This document shows positions 38,601-52,861 of a stretch of 64,000 bases of DNA, in pieces. Under the pieces are notes generated by a model. It saw only the letters and a list, made by a program, of their open reading frames with translations, was not told where the DNA came from and ran no database searches. The DNA is taken from contig NC_134031.1 of NCBI RefSeq assembly GCF_964204645.1, forward strand, positions 620,001-684,000, read 5' to 3'. The first letter of the stretch is position 1. Each line of letters opens with the position of its first letter. A program made the translations under genes and the position numbers. This stretch comes from Tubulanus polymorphus (lineage: Eukaryota > Animalia > Nemertea).

Positions 38601-41600
38601 ATTTTCTAGTCTAAAATAAGGACAATTTTCTAATTACGTTTGTTTTGCTTATATAAACTTTAAATGTAATATGAGAAATCCGAGATAAGATTGTCATACA
38701 AGTATTCAATTACTCTGATGAATGGATATTATTATCAATATTATCATTATTATCATGAAGCATGAATTTCGAAGTGGCTATACCCTTATTGCGGTTACTA
38801 ACTAATGGTTTCATGCGAAATGAATTCTATCGCACAAGATTCTATTTTGAGACTTTCTCATTTATTAATTTCAAACTCTTAAAACTTTCTGATATACTTT
38901 CACAAGATCTATTTTTGCAAATACACTCTTTATCTGAAGTTTAGGTTATTCAATATTGGGAACGTCCTTCGGGTAGAAGCGACTAAATTATTAATTGTTA
39001 ATTTGACAAATAATTCGTGATCAATATTTCTATGATCTACTCTTGCAAATATAGATATAGTATGTTCAAACGCGTGAAGTAATAACGAGCTTCATATTGA
39101 TGTTCTACTTATCAAACGGGTAGAAGAAAAGTAATTAAATTTACATCAATTCACGTCAAGATTCTGACACGTCAGAAGTATTTTAGTAGTCGATAAGTGG
39201 CGTTAACAAACATGTACTCTATCATCTATCATTGTTAGGATAAGTAAGGGTTGAGGAGATATTTCTAACTTGCTTAAAACTACGGCTAGAAATTTATACC
39301 TTGTTTCTCATTTCTGCTGAGTTCAAAGATAACCTGTTGTACCCTGTAGATTACTTTTGAATAAAATCATGATCAAGCTATAACCATTACAGACCCGGCA
39401 GCTATAGAGATGAACTGATTACAAACTCTTATTGCAGTTTGCAAAATCATCAGGTCGATTAGGAGAAACAAGTATTTATTTTTTATCTAAGCCTATAAAC
39501 GTATTCGCATATACTGGGATATGGTTATTTTACCCTTTTATAATCCCCACACAGCGGAAAGAATGAGTCCGGAATGTTTCGCCTGAGCTAAAGTATATTT
39601 GTTATTTCTACTGTATCCCAATAGTCATATTCAGGAATATCAGTGTTATAGAAGTGATGAGATTAGAATACACGGAAATCTCGAACGGAGAGACTAATCG
39701 TTAGTTTATGCATATATACTTTCACCCTTAAAACTTGTAAATGTAGAAAATAGGCGAAACGTTGAATGAATTTTTAGCCCAAGGAAAAATAATTTCGGAC
39801 TCATGCGATTTCGCAACACGGACTCATAGTGTTCGAATTCGTGTCCACCGCGGTTTTATTTTGAGGATACAATGAAATTCACTCGGTCATGAAATCACTC
39901 ATAATCACCGCGACTAGAATTTAATTTCACGCCCGTAATTAACGCTGTACGGATTAACGGCGTATGCTGTTAATCCGTTAATCGAGTAGGGATTATCTCC
40001 GACAAAGAATGACAAAACCGAGTTAAATGTGAAATACCTCGTCGACAAAAAGACTACAGATTTCAACCCCTATCTATATAAAGACAAGGTACTGAATATT
40101 TACAAAACCTTTAATAGTTAATTAAATTCTCCACTTCAAACTCTAAAGGCGACTTTAATTCTTACGTAGAAACGAAAGTAAATTCATCTAATGGATATTT
40201 TAAGTACATTTGATTTAATATCGAATGTCTGTAGACATTAAGTCAATACAAGGTCATTTAAAGCTGAAATCACGACCGTTGTTGTTCACCTGACGGGAAC
40301 GAAGACGTCTATATGAGTTTGGTAATACGTTATTCGATGCCTCCGGATGAAAAGATAATTATAACAGCGACTGTCGTGCGACGGGAAGTTATCAAGGCGT
40401 CTCGGGAAATTTGAGGTAAAAAATATTCAATGTCGTTTAGAAAATGCGGCTTCACGGCGCTTCATACATTAGATCGTAATGTATGATAAGACAAGGGTCT
40501 CTAGAGAGAGAGTCAGTGACTTTTACAATTTTCATTCTTTTTCTCTAATAAATCTTGTTTTTAATCTCTTAAATGTGAATATATTAGGTCTTGTATCATA
40601 CCTTGCAGTAAATGATTGCTCCAAGATCAGATCATATCATTATTTATCATCAGAGAAGGCCATGGGGTAATATACAGACTGCCTCTTGGTTTAGATAGTT
40701 GTTTCCTCCGTGAAGAAGCACCTTAAATTGTTTTTTATCGGGGCGCTGTCATTAAAAGCCATATTTAGTCTCTTGTTTATGATTTCTATGGTTTTGTCTA
40801 AAATGGTTCTGGTCGTGATGATCCGTCATTGCGAGGTTTCCGCTGTTTATTTTGAGGTCAGAAACTAGTTTTAACTATAGTAATCGTTTGTAAATTGTGG
40901 ATATTTTGAGATTTTTCGTGTATATTCGTCGCACTTGTGAAAATACAAATTAACAAATAATGTCTATGAACTCAAACATGCTTTCTCTACATCTAACGGG
41001 CAGTGAGTACATGTATGTACTATGAACACCTACTAAAAGTAATAGATATATTTCATTTGGCTACGATTCAAAAATCCTTAGTTTGTTCGTCGTCTTGCTG
41101 TCAATAATTGCTAAATCCGAAAGGAAATCTAAAAATTCCAATACCTGAAGTATTATAGGCCGTATACAACGCTTACAGGGGTTAAAAGTTAATATCAAAA
41201 GGAAGGCGTAGGGTACAGGAGATTACAACAGAGTTTACAACCTCCAAATTCTAATTCAGCTCAAGGATTTTATGTATAAAAACGGAAAGGACTAATTGTA
41301 TTAAACACAGCACACGAACTATTAACACCTCTATATATATATCTAGAATTATGTAACTGTGTGATAAGTACCACACGGATTGATGACATCATTATAATCA
41401 TCTCTATAAAGACGCTGGAAAGTGTTAGTAGTAAACTCAGAACGGGGACGACTGGCGCGTATCATGCGTTATACCGTAAGTTAAATCTGTGCATCTTTAA
41501 TCACACTAGACCCACGTTTAGTTGTGCCTTTAACTCAACGGACTGCGAAGATTCGATATGATTTCTATGATGATTTTCTGATGGTTATTGATGGCTTTTC

Positions 41601-44218
41601 AAGCTGCTTCTATATTTCGGGTCTCAGTTGGTTTCTAGTTTTGTACCGATCATATTTCTCATAGTTGTCATGAATGTCATGTAGGTTATGGAACCGAATG
41701 ACGAGAGGTTTTATTGCATCTTCATGCCTGCCGCCGCCAGTTGTCTTTATACAACTGTGAAGAAGAATGGCATTGATTTTATCTGGTCGGCGATCTCCCG
41801 GAGAACAGGGTTATCCATCTCTGGCTGATCTGATTCCGCGTATTGTTGCTTTAGAGCAGTATCTTGCTATCAGCTTACTTCCTGTCACTGTTTGTTGGAT
41901 GCCGTGTTGTACAGGATGGCGTGACGGCAGCGGTAGGCGACAGACAGTGAGAGAGACAGAGAGAGAGACAGCACTCGCTTAGCGCCACACGGTTAGACAT
42001 GACTATACACGCTAGATTCTGACAGAGTCATAACGTTTTTCGTGCGGATACGGAGCCAATAATAGTCGTCATCTTTCAGTGGAACACTGCGGATACTGCT
42101 CGCTATCTCGTTCATCGCCTGTAGGTTTCAGTTCAAATATCTAGATAGAAATAACAGCGCAGGAGGCTTAACTTACGAGGTAGGACAAACTAAGCTTTAT
42201 TTAACATTTTCTTAGGAAATGAGATCAAAAATTGTTTATAAATCTACTGTCTATTTATTTACTGTCTATTAGCGAAGATGCATCGTTTTCATTGCGACAT
42301 CGTTCGAAACTTCGATGGGAAAATTAGATTGTTTTATTTTTCATGTCCTTGAATTATTCGAAATGTCTTTAAAGATTCCGGCATCGATGTTTGATCAATG
42401 ACTGTGAAATGTCGGATTCCTGAGATTCACTTGTCTCTCTCTCGCTTCATCGCTGAGCAACTGATCATCAATGAGCGATTCATTTTAGGAGGCGGCTAGC
42501 ATTCTCTACAGATTTATATCAACAGATTAATGTTCCACAGTTGCCAGTTAGATTTAACTCCTGAGTTAGGAAAAATTCATTTTCAGTCTTGAGTCAAATT
42601 AAACTTCAGGATCTGCAGTTCCACATTTCTGAGTTAATATTTATCTCAGAGTCAACCGCACACTTACAACTGTGAAACTGGATCCTGAGTTCACAGTTTA
42701 CTCTAATTCACACTTTTGGAACTGGAACGGTAGCAAAATCTAACATGTATATCATACTAGTCAACATCACCGCGCTAACACTTCAATACAAGAGAAATGA
42801 ATTACTAAAATGTCGATATTCAACAACAAAAACTAAACCATCATCGCTTTTGAAAACGACTAAGAGTTGAACTGGTGACTGGGAGTCGGAACGCGGCGCG
42901 TGTAGCACGGAGAGACTCGATGGCTGCTGCTGCTGCTCGTGATATTGACAGAGACCCTGGATCTCAGAATCAGATTAACTTCAGATGTAGTGAAGAATTA
43001 ACATTCAATAATTCAATATCTTACACGATATTTCAATTAATTCTTCATGTTCTCAATGAGTTTCATCCAAGTGTTTACTACGTCGTTTATTTTATTCGTT
43101 CAAACCAACCTCAAGTTTACCTCGATTCTACTTTACTAAGAAGATTATAACTTTTGACTTCATGATCCAGTTAATCAGTGTTGTGAGTTAGAGTTAATTC
43201 TGAACCCAGGATCCAGTTCACGGTTGAGAGTTAGAGTTAACTCTGACTTGAAATCGGTTCATTTTCATTTTCATTGGCCTACTTCAGTACAAACTCAGTG
43301 AACGATTAAGTTTCGTGTAGTCTGGCGGCTCATCTTACAAAAATTTATTTCTCAAAACCTTTTAAGCCCAACTCGCAGTGAACTGCATTCTCTAAGTGAA
43401 AGGTAAAAAGCGCACATGATGACTAAAAGCTAGTCATATTTCTCTCCTTATCCCTAGCGCTATCGCGTAATTGCTTAATAGGTATCGGAGAGGCTTACGG
43501 CTAATACCGGTACCGTGGACAGCTGTTATCAGGGGACTTCAAGTATACCGTGTAAGACGCAATAAAGTGGCAATTTAGCCATGCATAAAGAAACCAAACC
43601 ATATTACTGGTAACCCTTACAGAATATTAATTACACTCTACTCCGTTACAGTGCATGGTTTAGCGAGTAACCGTATACCAACAGGGCATTGACGAGATGA
43701 TGGCCGAGTCCACCGAGTAGACCTGTACTACTGTGTATACTCGGTAAAAGTCGCCCACTAAATAATCTAAACGTGAACATCCAACTGTAAACATCTAACT
43801 GTAAACATCCACCTGTCAACATCTTTAAACTAGAATCAATTGTTGTTTGATATTATTCAAATGAAGTAGAGTTTAATGTTGACAAATTATCGAATTATTG
43901 AGATAAAGGTGAAAGAAGCTTTTTACGTCACTGTGATGTTTATCTTCTCACTGATATATGTATTTATAAACTATCCACTTCCACTGTTCCAACAGTTCCA
44001 CATAAGGTTTCACTCTTAAGCTTACTGAGATTGAAAACACAAAGTGGCCGAATTAGCCCCATATACGACCCATATAGGGCAATGTGTAGAGTTTGAGTAA
44101 ATCGAGGGATCTAGAAATGTATTAATGCGCAAGCTGAAATATGATAGCGTAGTTATATAGGGATTATATGAAAAATGGTCCTCGATAGAGCGTATTCTAC
44201 AGCTAATGACAAGCGACA

Positions 44219-45030
44219 CCCTACACACCAGTTAGGTGACGACTGTACAGGACGGTTGACAGTAGACACCCTACACACCAGTTACGTGACGACTGTACAG
44301 GACGGTTGACAGTAAACAACCTACACACCAGTTAGGTGACGACTGTACAGGACGGTTGACAGTAAACAACCTACACACCAGTTAGGTGACGACTGTACAG
44401 GACGGTTGACAGTAGACACCCTACACACCAGTTAGGTGACGACTGTACAGGACGGTTGACAGTAGACAACCTACACACCAGTTAGGTGACGACTGTACAG
44501 GACGGTTGACAGTAGACACCCTACACACCAGTTAGGTGACGACTGTACAGGACGGTTGACAGTAGACAACCTACACACCAGTTAGGTGACGACTGTACAG
44601 GACGGTTGACAGTAGACACCCTACACACCAGTTAGGTGACGACTGTACAGGACGGTTGACAGTAGACACCCTACACACCAGTTAGGTGACGACTGTACAG
44701 GACGGTTGACAGTAGACAACCTACACACCAGTTAGGTGACGACTGTACAGGACGGTTGACAGTAGACACCCTACACACCAGTTAGGTGACGACTGTACAG
44801 GACGGTTGACAGTAGACACCCTACACACCAGTTACGTGACGACTGTACAGGACGGTTGACAGTAGACAACCTACACACCAGTTAGGTGACTACTGTACAG
44901 GACGGTTGACAGTAGACAACCTACACACCAGTTAGGTGACGACTGTACAGGACGGTTGACAGTAGACAACCTACACACCAGTTAGGTGACGACTGTACAG
45001 GACGGTTGACAGTAGACAACCGTACACACC
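44219..45030. repeat. Highly homogeneous 50-bp minisatellite x 16
   Basis: CTACACACCAGTTAGGTGACGACTGTACAGGACGGTTGACAGTAGACA(C/A)C, exact 50-bp period, no spacers. Confidence 0.95.
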
Positions 45031-45615
45031 CTATACATCATCCAAATCATCTAGAAACCCTTAAAGCAGATGAAATAATTGCTACGCTTCAGTTATGGTA
45101 GACAGGTTGACAGGTTGTTGCCACCTCTGCTCATCTGTTACTCTAGCTGTCGACTGTCAACTCGTCATTTGACCGAAGAAAGCACAGTGTAACTATACAC
45201 ACGCACTATAATTCCGTATACTGGACAAGCGCCAACACAGTAATTTAAACTCGCAATAGTCGAAATGAACTGGGGAACAGTATGGAACCGCGGTCCCAGA
45301 TGTTGTACATCTACAACATGTTTAAAGATACTATATTTATCTATATTTTTAGGTGCGAACGCGATGAAATAAATGCTGATAGAACAACAACGAACACAGT
45401 GCTTGATTTTACTGTTGAAAACCGCTAACAACAATCTTTCACCGAGAGGATTTAAACAAAAACAATAGCGGATGAAAGTGCGCGATCCGCGAGTTCTGAA
45501 TGAAGAACAATAAAGACGATATTTCAGAACGACATGAAGTGATTTATTTCGTGCTTATTGAAATAATATGTCGATGATCTGAGGAACGGGACTCGTGGTG
45601 CGCAACGCCGGTAAA

Positions 45616-46012
45616 ATGCCGAATTCAAACAAACATCTACCATCCTCCGCTGACTGTAACGGAGGAACCGAACTTTGTCTCTTGGATGAGATACACGTCG
45701 ACGCATCTTCCGTACCGACCGATCACGTCGCCACGGCAACCACACAGCAACAATGCCGAAAATCGCCGACAAACTCCGCACAAAATAACAATCGCGCACC
45801 GACGCACACTCGTTCGGCGGCGCACGGAGCCGCACACGACGACGCACACGTCGATAACGAAGAGACTGCTGGGATACATGTGAAAACAATGCAATTTCGT
45901 AACTGGTGGCAACGAAGAACAAATTTGGAGAAATATTTAATTTGTATTTGTGTACTGTTTTTTTTCGCGTGTCTGTCGTTTGTGGTGGTCGCCTTCACCA
46001 GGGAATCATCAG
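45616..46012 (+). CDS. M13 metallopeptidase (neprilysin/ECE family), first coding exon: cytoplasmic tail and type II TM anchor
   Basis: ATG 45616; WWQRRTNLEKYLICICVLFFFACLSFVVVAF typical M13 juxtamembrane/TM; G|GTAATA donor, phase 1. Confidence 0.85.
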
Positions 46013-46187
46013 GTAATATCTCATCCCCCCCCCCAATCTTAGCTCCAAAATCAACATTTAATCAACTTTTAAGGAACTGCTGTCTATAATCATTGATGAA
46101 ACGCTCTGAGTTTAAAGGTGAATAAAAGAGATTGTTTCCTTGCACGAATATCTATTTCAAGTGTCGACTAATAGTCATCTTCAGCGT

Positions 46188-46296
46188 CCAATTCCACAGT
46201 TCCGAGTTAAGATTTGACTCAGATTTAACTCATCGAGAATGAATAATCTTTAACTCAGAGTTAACTCTTAACTCACAACTGTGGAACTGTGTCCGG
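46188..46296. mobile_element. Hairpin MITE of the GGATCCAGTTCCACAGTT / AACTGTGGAACTGGATCC family; other copies ~42533-42728, ~43163-43250, ~55715-55853, ~63476-63612
   Basis: Inverted termini with recurrent internal TGAGTTAGAGTTAACTCTGA. Confidence 0.65.
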
Positions 46297-46677
46297 GTAT
46301 GTATTCCTGTAGATGACTTATAGGATAAAGTCGAAAGGTCTGGATATGAACATATACGTCAAGGAAACATTTCTCACTTTTTTCATACTCAGAGTAGGAT
46401 TTTTGTATCAATTTGTTCTCAGTTTTTCCTGTATTATTTCACATCGTAATCTAAACACACAATTCACACAAGTAATTGTTATTTTAACTTTGTGCGTTGA
46501 TATCTTGTATCTAGTTTATAAGCGCCTCTTTTGATTTCCAGTTTCGTGATGCACATAAAACGTGATATATAAGAAGGTTATCTATCAATAACATGATGTA
46601 TTTATTGTCTCAAACTCTCAGTTACTGCCGCTATCAGTTTAGATATCTTAGGGAAACTAATGTAGTGTAATAGAAGT

Positions 46678-46992
46678 CTCCAGTCGCCACACCTGACTGG
46701 TATCCAGTCGCCATACCTGACTGGTATCCAGTCGCCACACCTGACTGGTATCCAGTCGCCATACCTGACTGGTATCCAGTCGCCATACCTGACTGGTATC
46801 CAGTCTCCGCACCTGACGGGTTTCCAGTCGCCACACCTGACGGGTTTCCAGTCTCCTCACCTGGACGGGTTTCCAGTCTCCGCACCTGACGGGTTTCCAG
46901 TCACCGCACCTGACGGGTTTCCAGTCACCGCACCTGACGGGTCACCAGTCATTACACATGACGGGTCACCAGTCATTACACATGACTGGTAA
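46678..46992. repeat. 24-bp minisatellite CCAGTCGCCACACCTGACTGGTAT x ~13, inside a tRNA-like element
   Basis: Direct tandem copies with graded variants. Confidence 0.9.
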
Positions 46993-49117
46993 CCACACCG
47001 GCCAGACAAATTCCCAATTCGCCTGAGCTCATTGGTCGTGTGGGTAAACCACTGGCTTTGAACGCAGGATCCTCGGGTTCGAGTCTTGCCTTCTCCGGCT
47101 ATATGCCTATATCTGGTTTATAGTTGATTTTAACATTCTTTTTCGACCTTAAGGACGCAATTTTTTTTGAAATATTTATCCTTTTTATTTAAATAAAAAC
47201 TTCTCCGGCTACGGGTCTTACGAGGCTCAATCCTGCACTAACAATGATTAACCATACCACGATGTAGGTCCCTTCCCTCCTGACTATACTGAGAATAGAA
47301 TTTAAAAATATGCCCATCACAATATTAATAATCGCCCTTATTCTATAATAGAATGGAGTCGCCCTTAAAGCACCCACCAGTCTCTGTGAAATAAACTCAA
47401 CAGGTAATTTGTGTGTCATTGAGAAGATTTTTCTGGAGACGATGTGTTTATCTTTATATACTGCAACGTGAATCGCTGATTGGAATCACTGATTAATCCC
47501 GCGGTAGTGATCATAGTTTCTTTAGGGATCTGATACGATGCACACCCGACATTTCAAAGTGCGTGTTGTATCGTGAACATTGAATACGCCGAACTGAGTG
47601 TGAATAATAATCAACAAGTACTCGTGAAGATGACTTTTAGGATATGATAGTCGAAATGTTGAATATTAGTTCAAGGAGCTGTATTCCTGAAAAATCTGAC
47701 TATTTGAATATAGTTGAAGTGTTGAACAGACTACTTTTAGCTCAAGGAAACATTTCCACTCTACTGTTCCACTCTACTGCTCCACTCTATTGTTCCACTA
47801 CAATACGGAGTACCAAGGGATTTAATATTTCACGTATAGTGTTGTGGGATGAATGGATGTGTCACAGTTCATGAATCCACACCAAAAAACAATCTAAGAT
47901 TTTCGCTATTTTGGCGGACAAATTATCTTTGATACAAAACATAGACACTTTTTATCATATTTTGTCTTGTCGCTGTATTGCAGAATTTCCAATGAAAGAT
48001 TCGCAACTCCATTAAACAGCCTTATATACTGAAATTGTCCTTTCTGCAATGTACCGATTCCACTCTACCACAAACATCAGCCGTTCTGAATGAGAGAAAC
48101 TCATAAAACGGCACGTGAGATTAAACAAAATCGCAACTGGAGAGCCGCAAAAAGAAATAAACGTTATTTCAAAACGAAGCTTGGTATGTGCTGATAACGA
48201 CAGTCAACCAGCCTCAGCCAGCCGTCCCTAGGAATAAATCCGATAGAATCAACGTCTTATGTTTTTATCCGATTTATCATAAAGAGCTCAGCAGATTTTA
48301 CCCTCGTTTCGTTCACATGTTGTGTTTTTGTTCGTGGCGGCATATGCTGCTTCAGTTTGAAATGTCTCACACACACACACATCCCGGAAATCTTCAGATT
48401 CCCGATCCAGATTCAGTTTCCCGATCCAGATTCAGATTCCCAATCTAGATTCAGATTCCCGATCCAGAGTTGAACAAATTGTCTTTTATACAATAACCTC
48501 AATGAGATGGAGATATTAGCGCTAGTTTCACGACGTGGGCCAAAGTTGATATTTCAATATATATCATAAATTCTATTCCTGATCGTCTGTTCGTTAACAC
48601 AGGACGGTTTTACCAATGAGTTTGTAAATATCGCATCCCGATGTGAATATCTCGACCCTGAACGGCCTGTGTATCAAAATCATAATTCGAGGTCGACTCG
48701 ATCCACTATATAAGAAAGAATCAGAAAGGTCTGACATGAAATATGAAAGAAATAACAGATCAGATTTTCGAATAAAAGAGGCGAGCAATAGGAAGATGAT
48801 ATTGACCTTTTTAGGGCAGGACCAGGTAGATTTCAACGAAAGACGAGCCCTGCACATTCTAATTAATCATTTCAATATCGGTTATTGATAACATTGAGAA
48901 ACTGCGATGATATTTTTTCGACATTTTGTCAATAAAACGTCTGCAATTTCTCTGTAGCAGAACAAAATTTCTCTAATGAACAGTCAATATTCAAAAGTAT
49001 TAAAGTGTCTGGTATTTGTAGCTCATGTCTCGTGTGAAGCCCGTGTATGAAGAGCTACAGCTATACCTGTATTATATAGATATATAAGAGAGTTCGGTCA
49101 GCGATTACGGGACATTT

Positions 49118-49534
<417 letters not shown>

Positions 49535-49772
49535 CAGTGCATGTAAATAAACGAGGGAAATGATAAATAGCTAATTGCTATAATCGTACTGCCAATATTG
49601 ACTGTCACAGTTACTAATGAAGATTAATTGGTAACGAAGCAGGTCTAGTTGTATGAGATTTATTGACTCTTCCACTTAACACTCACGCTGAGGTCCGCTG
49701 TTGATGCTGGTGCTGCTGCGCTGAGGTCCGCTGTCGGTGCTGGTGCTGTACTGCTGCTGGTGCTGCTGCTGG

Positions 49773-49803
<31 letters not shown>

Positions 49804-50492
49804 GGTGGTGGTGGTGCTGTTGCTGCTGCTGCTCTCACGCCGCTGCAACGTCTACCCCCTCCTCCCCGATTGTCGAAGGGCGACTCCCTGTTCTCACACC
49901 TTAGACCCTGTTTGTACCTAGTATCCTCGAATTTTCACCGAGTCCAAGGAGCAATTTGGAAAACAGCGGAAAACCTGTAAACAATCATTAAATGATCAAA
50001 CTATTCATTAGCGATGCATTAATACTTGAATTAGCTGCAGGAGCAGTGATTGATGACGTTCACACCGTGGACGATGTTTATATTGATAATATCGTTATAA
50101 CTATCTGTAGGTTATAAACATCATCGATACAGAGAGACTTAAACTCCCAACTGTACGGATCGGGTCCAGTGTAATATAGCGAGAGAAGGGGATAGGGGAG
50201 CGAGAAAGAGAAGGAGAGAAAGAGAGAGGGGAAGGGTGGAGTGGAGAGTGGAGAAGAGGAGGGAGTGACGGGGGGAAGGGGTGAGTTGAGAGGAGAGAGG
50301 AGAGAGAGACGTCAGACTATATTCAAAGATCTATCATTTCAGATATCAATAACTAAAACGACTTAATAAAAACATCTCATTCAATTTGCGCATTTTCAAT
50401 ATAAGCTGAAATCCGTTTATATTTTCAACCATTTTTTGTCCAATCAGCGAATTTATGATAGAATACTCTAATATTTGTAATATATTTTTCAG

Positions 50493-50534
50493 GCGAGACG
50501 ACGGTTTGTCTATCAGAGAACTGCGTTCGGACAG
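50493..50534 (+). CDS. M13 peptidase 42-nt exon (stalk Cys pair)
   Basis: tttttcAG / GTAAGA, phase 1-1; GETTVCLSENCVRTA matches the conserved C-x4-C of M13 enzymes; absent from ORF track. Confidence 0.9.
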
Positions 50535-51700
50535 GTAAGAGCTATAGCATTTTAATGAGTGTTTCATTTAATTAGGGAATAAGTACCGACAGTCACTCAC
50601 TGTACACATGTATCTACACGATACAGAGAGAGAGAGAGACAGCGTGCGAGCGAGTCGACACGGGGGTATTGTAAAATATATACATCGACTACAACAAAAA
50701 TACTTTTGAATTAATAATGACTTGTAGAACACGATACGTTTCAGGTAACAAGGTTTGATCGATTTTTACGGCCCACTTGTGACTCGTTAGAATCGGAATC
50801 TGGAGAGTGGGTTGGGTTGGATAATTTGCAATGAGGAGTTGTATAAGAGCTGTGCACCACCGCAAAACGCACACGAGTACTGACAATTAATTAGTACGTC
50901 ATACATCAGCGCCGCTTTGATTTTGCGGATAATATCAGAACTAAATAAGGCTTGAGTGTCTATTGTTCGCAGGTTTTATACTGTCGCTTATTTCTGCCGG
51001 ATCAAGATCACCTTGTGAACAACGTGAATAGCAATTTATATATAGCCTGAAAAAATGTGGTCTCCTGAAGAGTCAATAATCTCACCATTCTCGAAATAGA
51101 AGTTAATTGAGATAATTGATTAAAAAACGAATCACACTACAAAGAGACATGACATTATTTAATCGTTGTCCGGATATAACGTCTGTCTGTAAGTGTCAGC
51201 CCACGTTATCACGTTATCTAACGGTAAGAGACTCGTGACCACTCCTACCGGCGACGACACTGGAGGCTTAGATCTTAAAACCAGAATACAGAACCAATAG
51301 GCCTATGCAAGGTGGAATTGGTAGAATGTTTTATTCAAATTGAATGGTAGGCCTATTGGAAATATTGGTCCAGTAGCCTGTTATCGAGTCGACCAGCCCG
51401 ACCGATATAGCGACACCGAGATCGTTAACTGCGATGGAGTATTGACCCGCCCTCGGTCACTTATCGATAAAGCAGAACCTGTTACCATCGGCGCCAATAT
51501 TAAAAGTAGATTTCCGAGATCCAACAGCTAAATCACTCCCTCATTTTCATTATGCTTGTATTGAAACGACCATCCCTATTTACCGGGTTGATCTGGTTAA
51601 GGTTACATTGTTCAATTCTGAATTGCCGATCGCTAACTGTTGATATACGTTATGCCGAATTCGTTGAAACTTTCTCGCTTTGTTTTCTTTTCAAAAAAAG

Positions 51701-51862
51701 CTGCCAAAATCATGGAAGCTATGGACACGACGGTCAAACCGTGCGATAACTTTTATCAATTCGCCTGCGGCATGTGGGTGAAAAAACATATAATACCGGA
51801 CGATAAACCAAAAATCAATACGTTTATAGAACTTAAAGATGGATTAAGAATTAGTTTGAAAG
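51701..51862 (+). CDS. M13 peptidase duplicated exon A (candidate mutually exclusive)
   Basis: 162 nt, phase 1-1, AAG acceptor, GTACAC donor; AAKIMEAMDTTVKPCDNFYQFACGMWVKKHIIPDDKPKINTFIELKDGLRISLK. Confidence 0.85.
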
Positions 51863-52861
51863 GTACACGACGGGGTATACCCGCACGTTCTACTCATCAG
51901 CTACGCTTCTCAGTGCTGCCCTGTAACGAGCTTTTTAGAACTAGCATGCTATATTCTGTAGTTTTAATTTTTTTTGTAGTTTACTAGTGTATGGCTTGTT
52001 TATCTATTTTTAATGATATCCAATTTCTTTATCTGTTTCTCATTTTGCGAGGTTTGAATAATTTAACCAAACTTCACGACTGCTTCCTGAGTTGAGAGAG
52101 AGCCTAATTTGCATAAATCATTCATTTCTCAACTCCGGTCAAGGTCGAGGTCTTCTCACACTTCAATGGACATGAACGTTTTTTGGTCGGTTACTATACT
52201 GGTCAAAAGGGTAAACAAAACATTATTAGAATTCGGGAATCATGCTTGTCCATGTGCGTTACGAGTATTGCTCACATCATGCGATATATTGGCCGTCAAA
52301 TGGCCGTCAGTTTGTCGCTTGTCGTTTTATAACAGTTTCACTTAGATTATTTCAAATGAAAGCTTTCATACCGGTTTTATTATCGTAGTATATAAAACCA
52401 GCTACAACCAAAATCAACGAGAAAACGTTCATAGTCTGTAAACGGGCCAGTTGTACAGTGATGGCTTATATTTAGGAACTGCCTTCGGCCAACTTAGTTC
52501 TATAGCCAATCTATCAACTTAAGATCAGTATATTGACTCAAAACTACCACGTTTAGACTTCAGTCACAACTGCACAACTGGTCCCTGGATCTTTTATAAC
52601 TTATATATTTCTGGTGAGGTGAAGTGATGCATGAATAAACAGTAGAAGTCCTTTGCCACTGTTGGGGCCAATGAAAAATATGACGTTATAACGAATTTGG
52701 CAACGTTATAAAAAATCTTATTTCCTTTGAGTTTGAGTTAAATTGTGGGAATGTGATCTCTGAAAGATGCTGGCGTTTAGAGAGCGGTGTGGCAGCGTTA
52801 TAACGGACTTTGACTGTACTATAATCTCATGTAGCACGTTATTATTTGATGTTGTTTTTAG

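Noticed and set aside
44219-45030. CRISPR-like regular array
   Set aside because: Contiguous identical units without unique spacers, no cas genes, eukaryotic context
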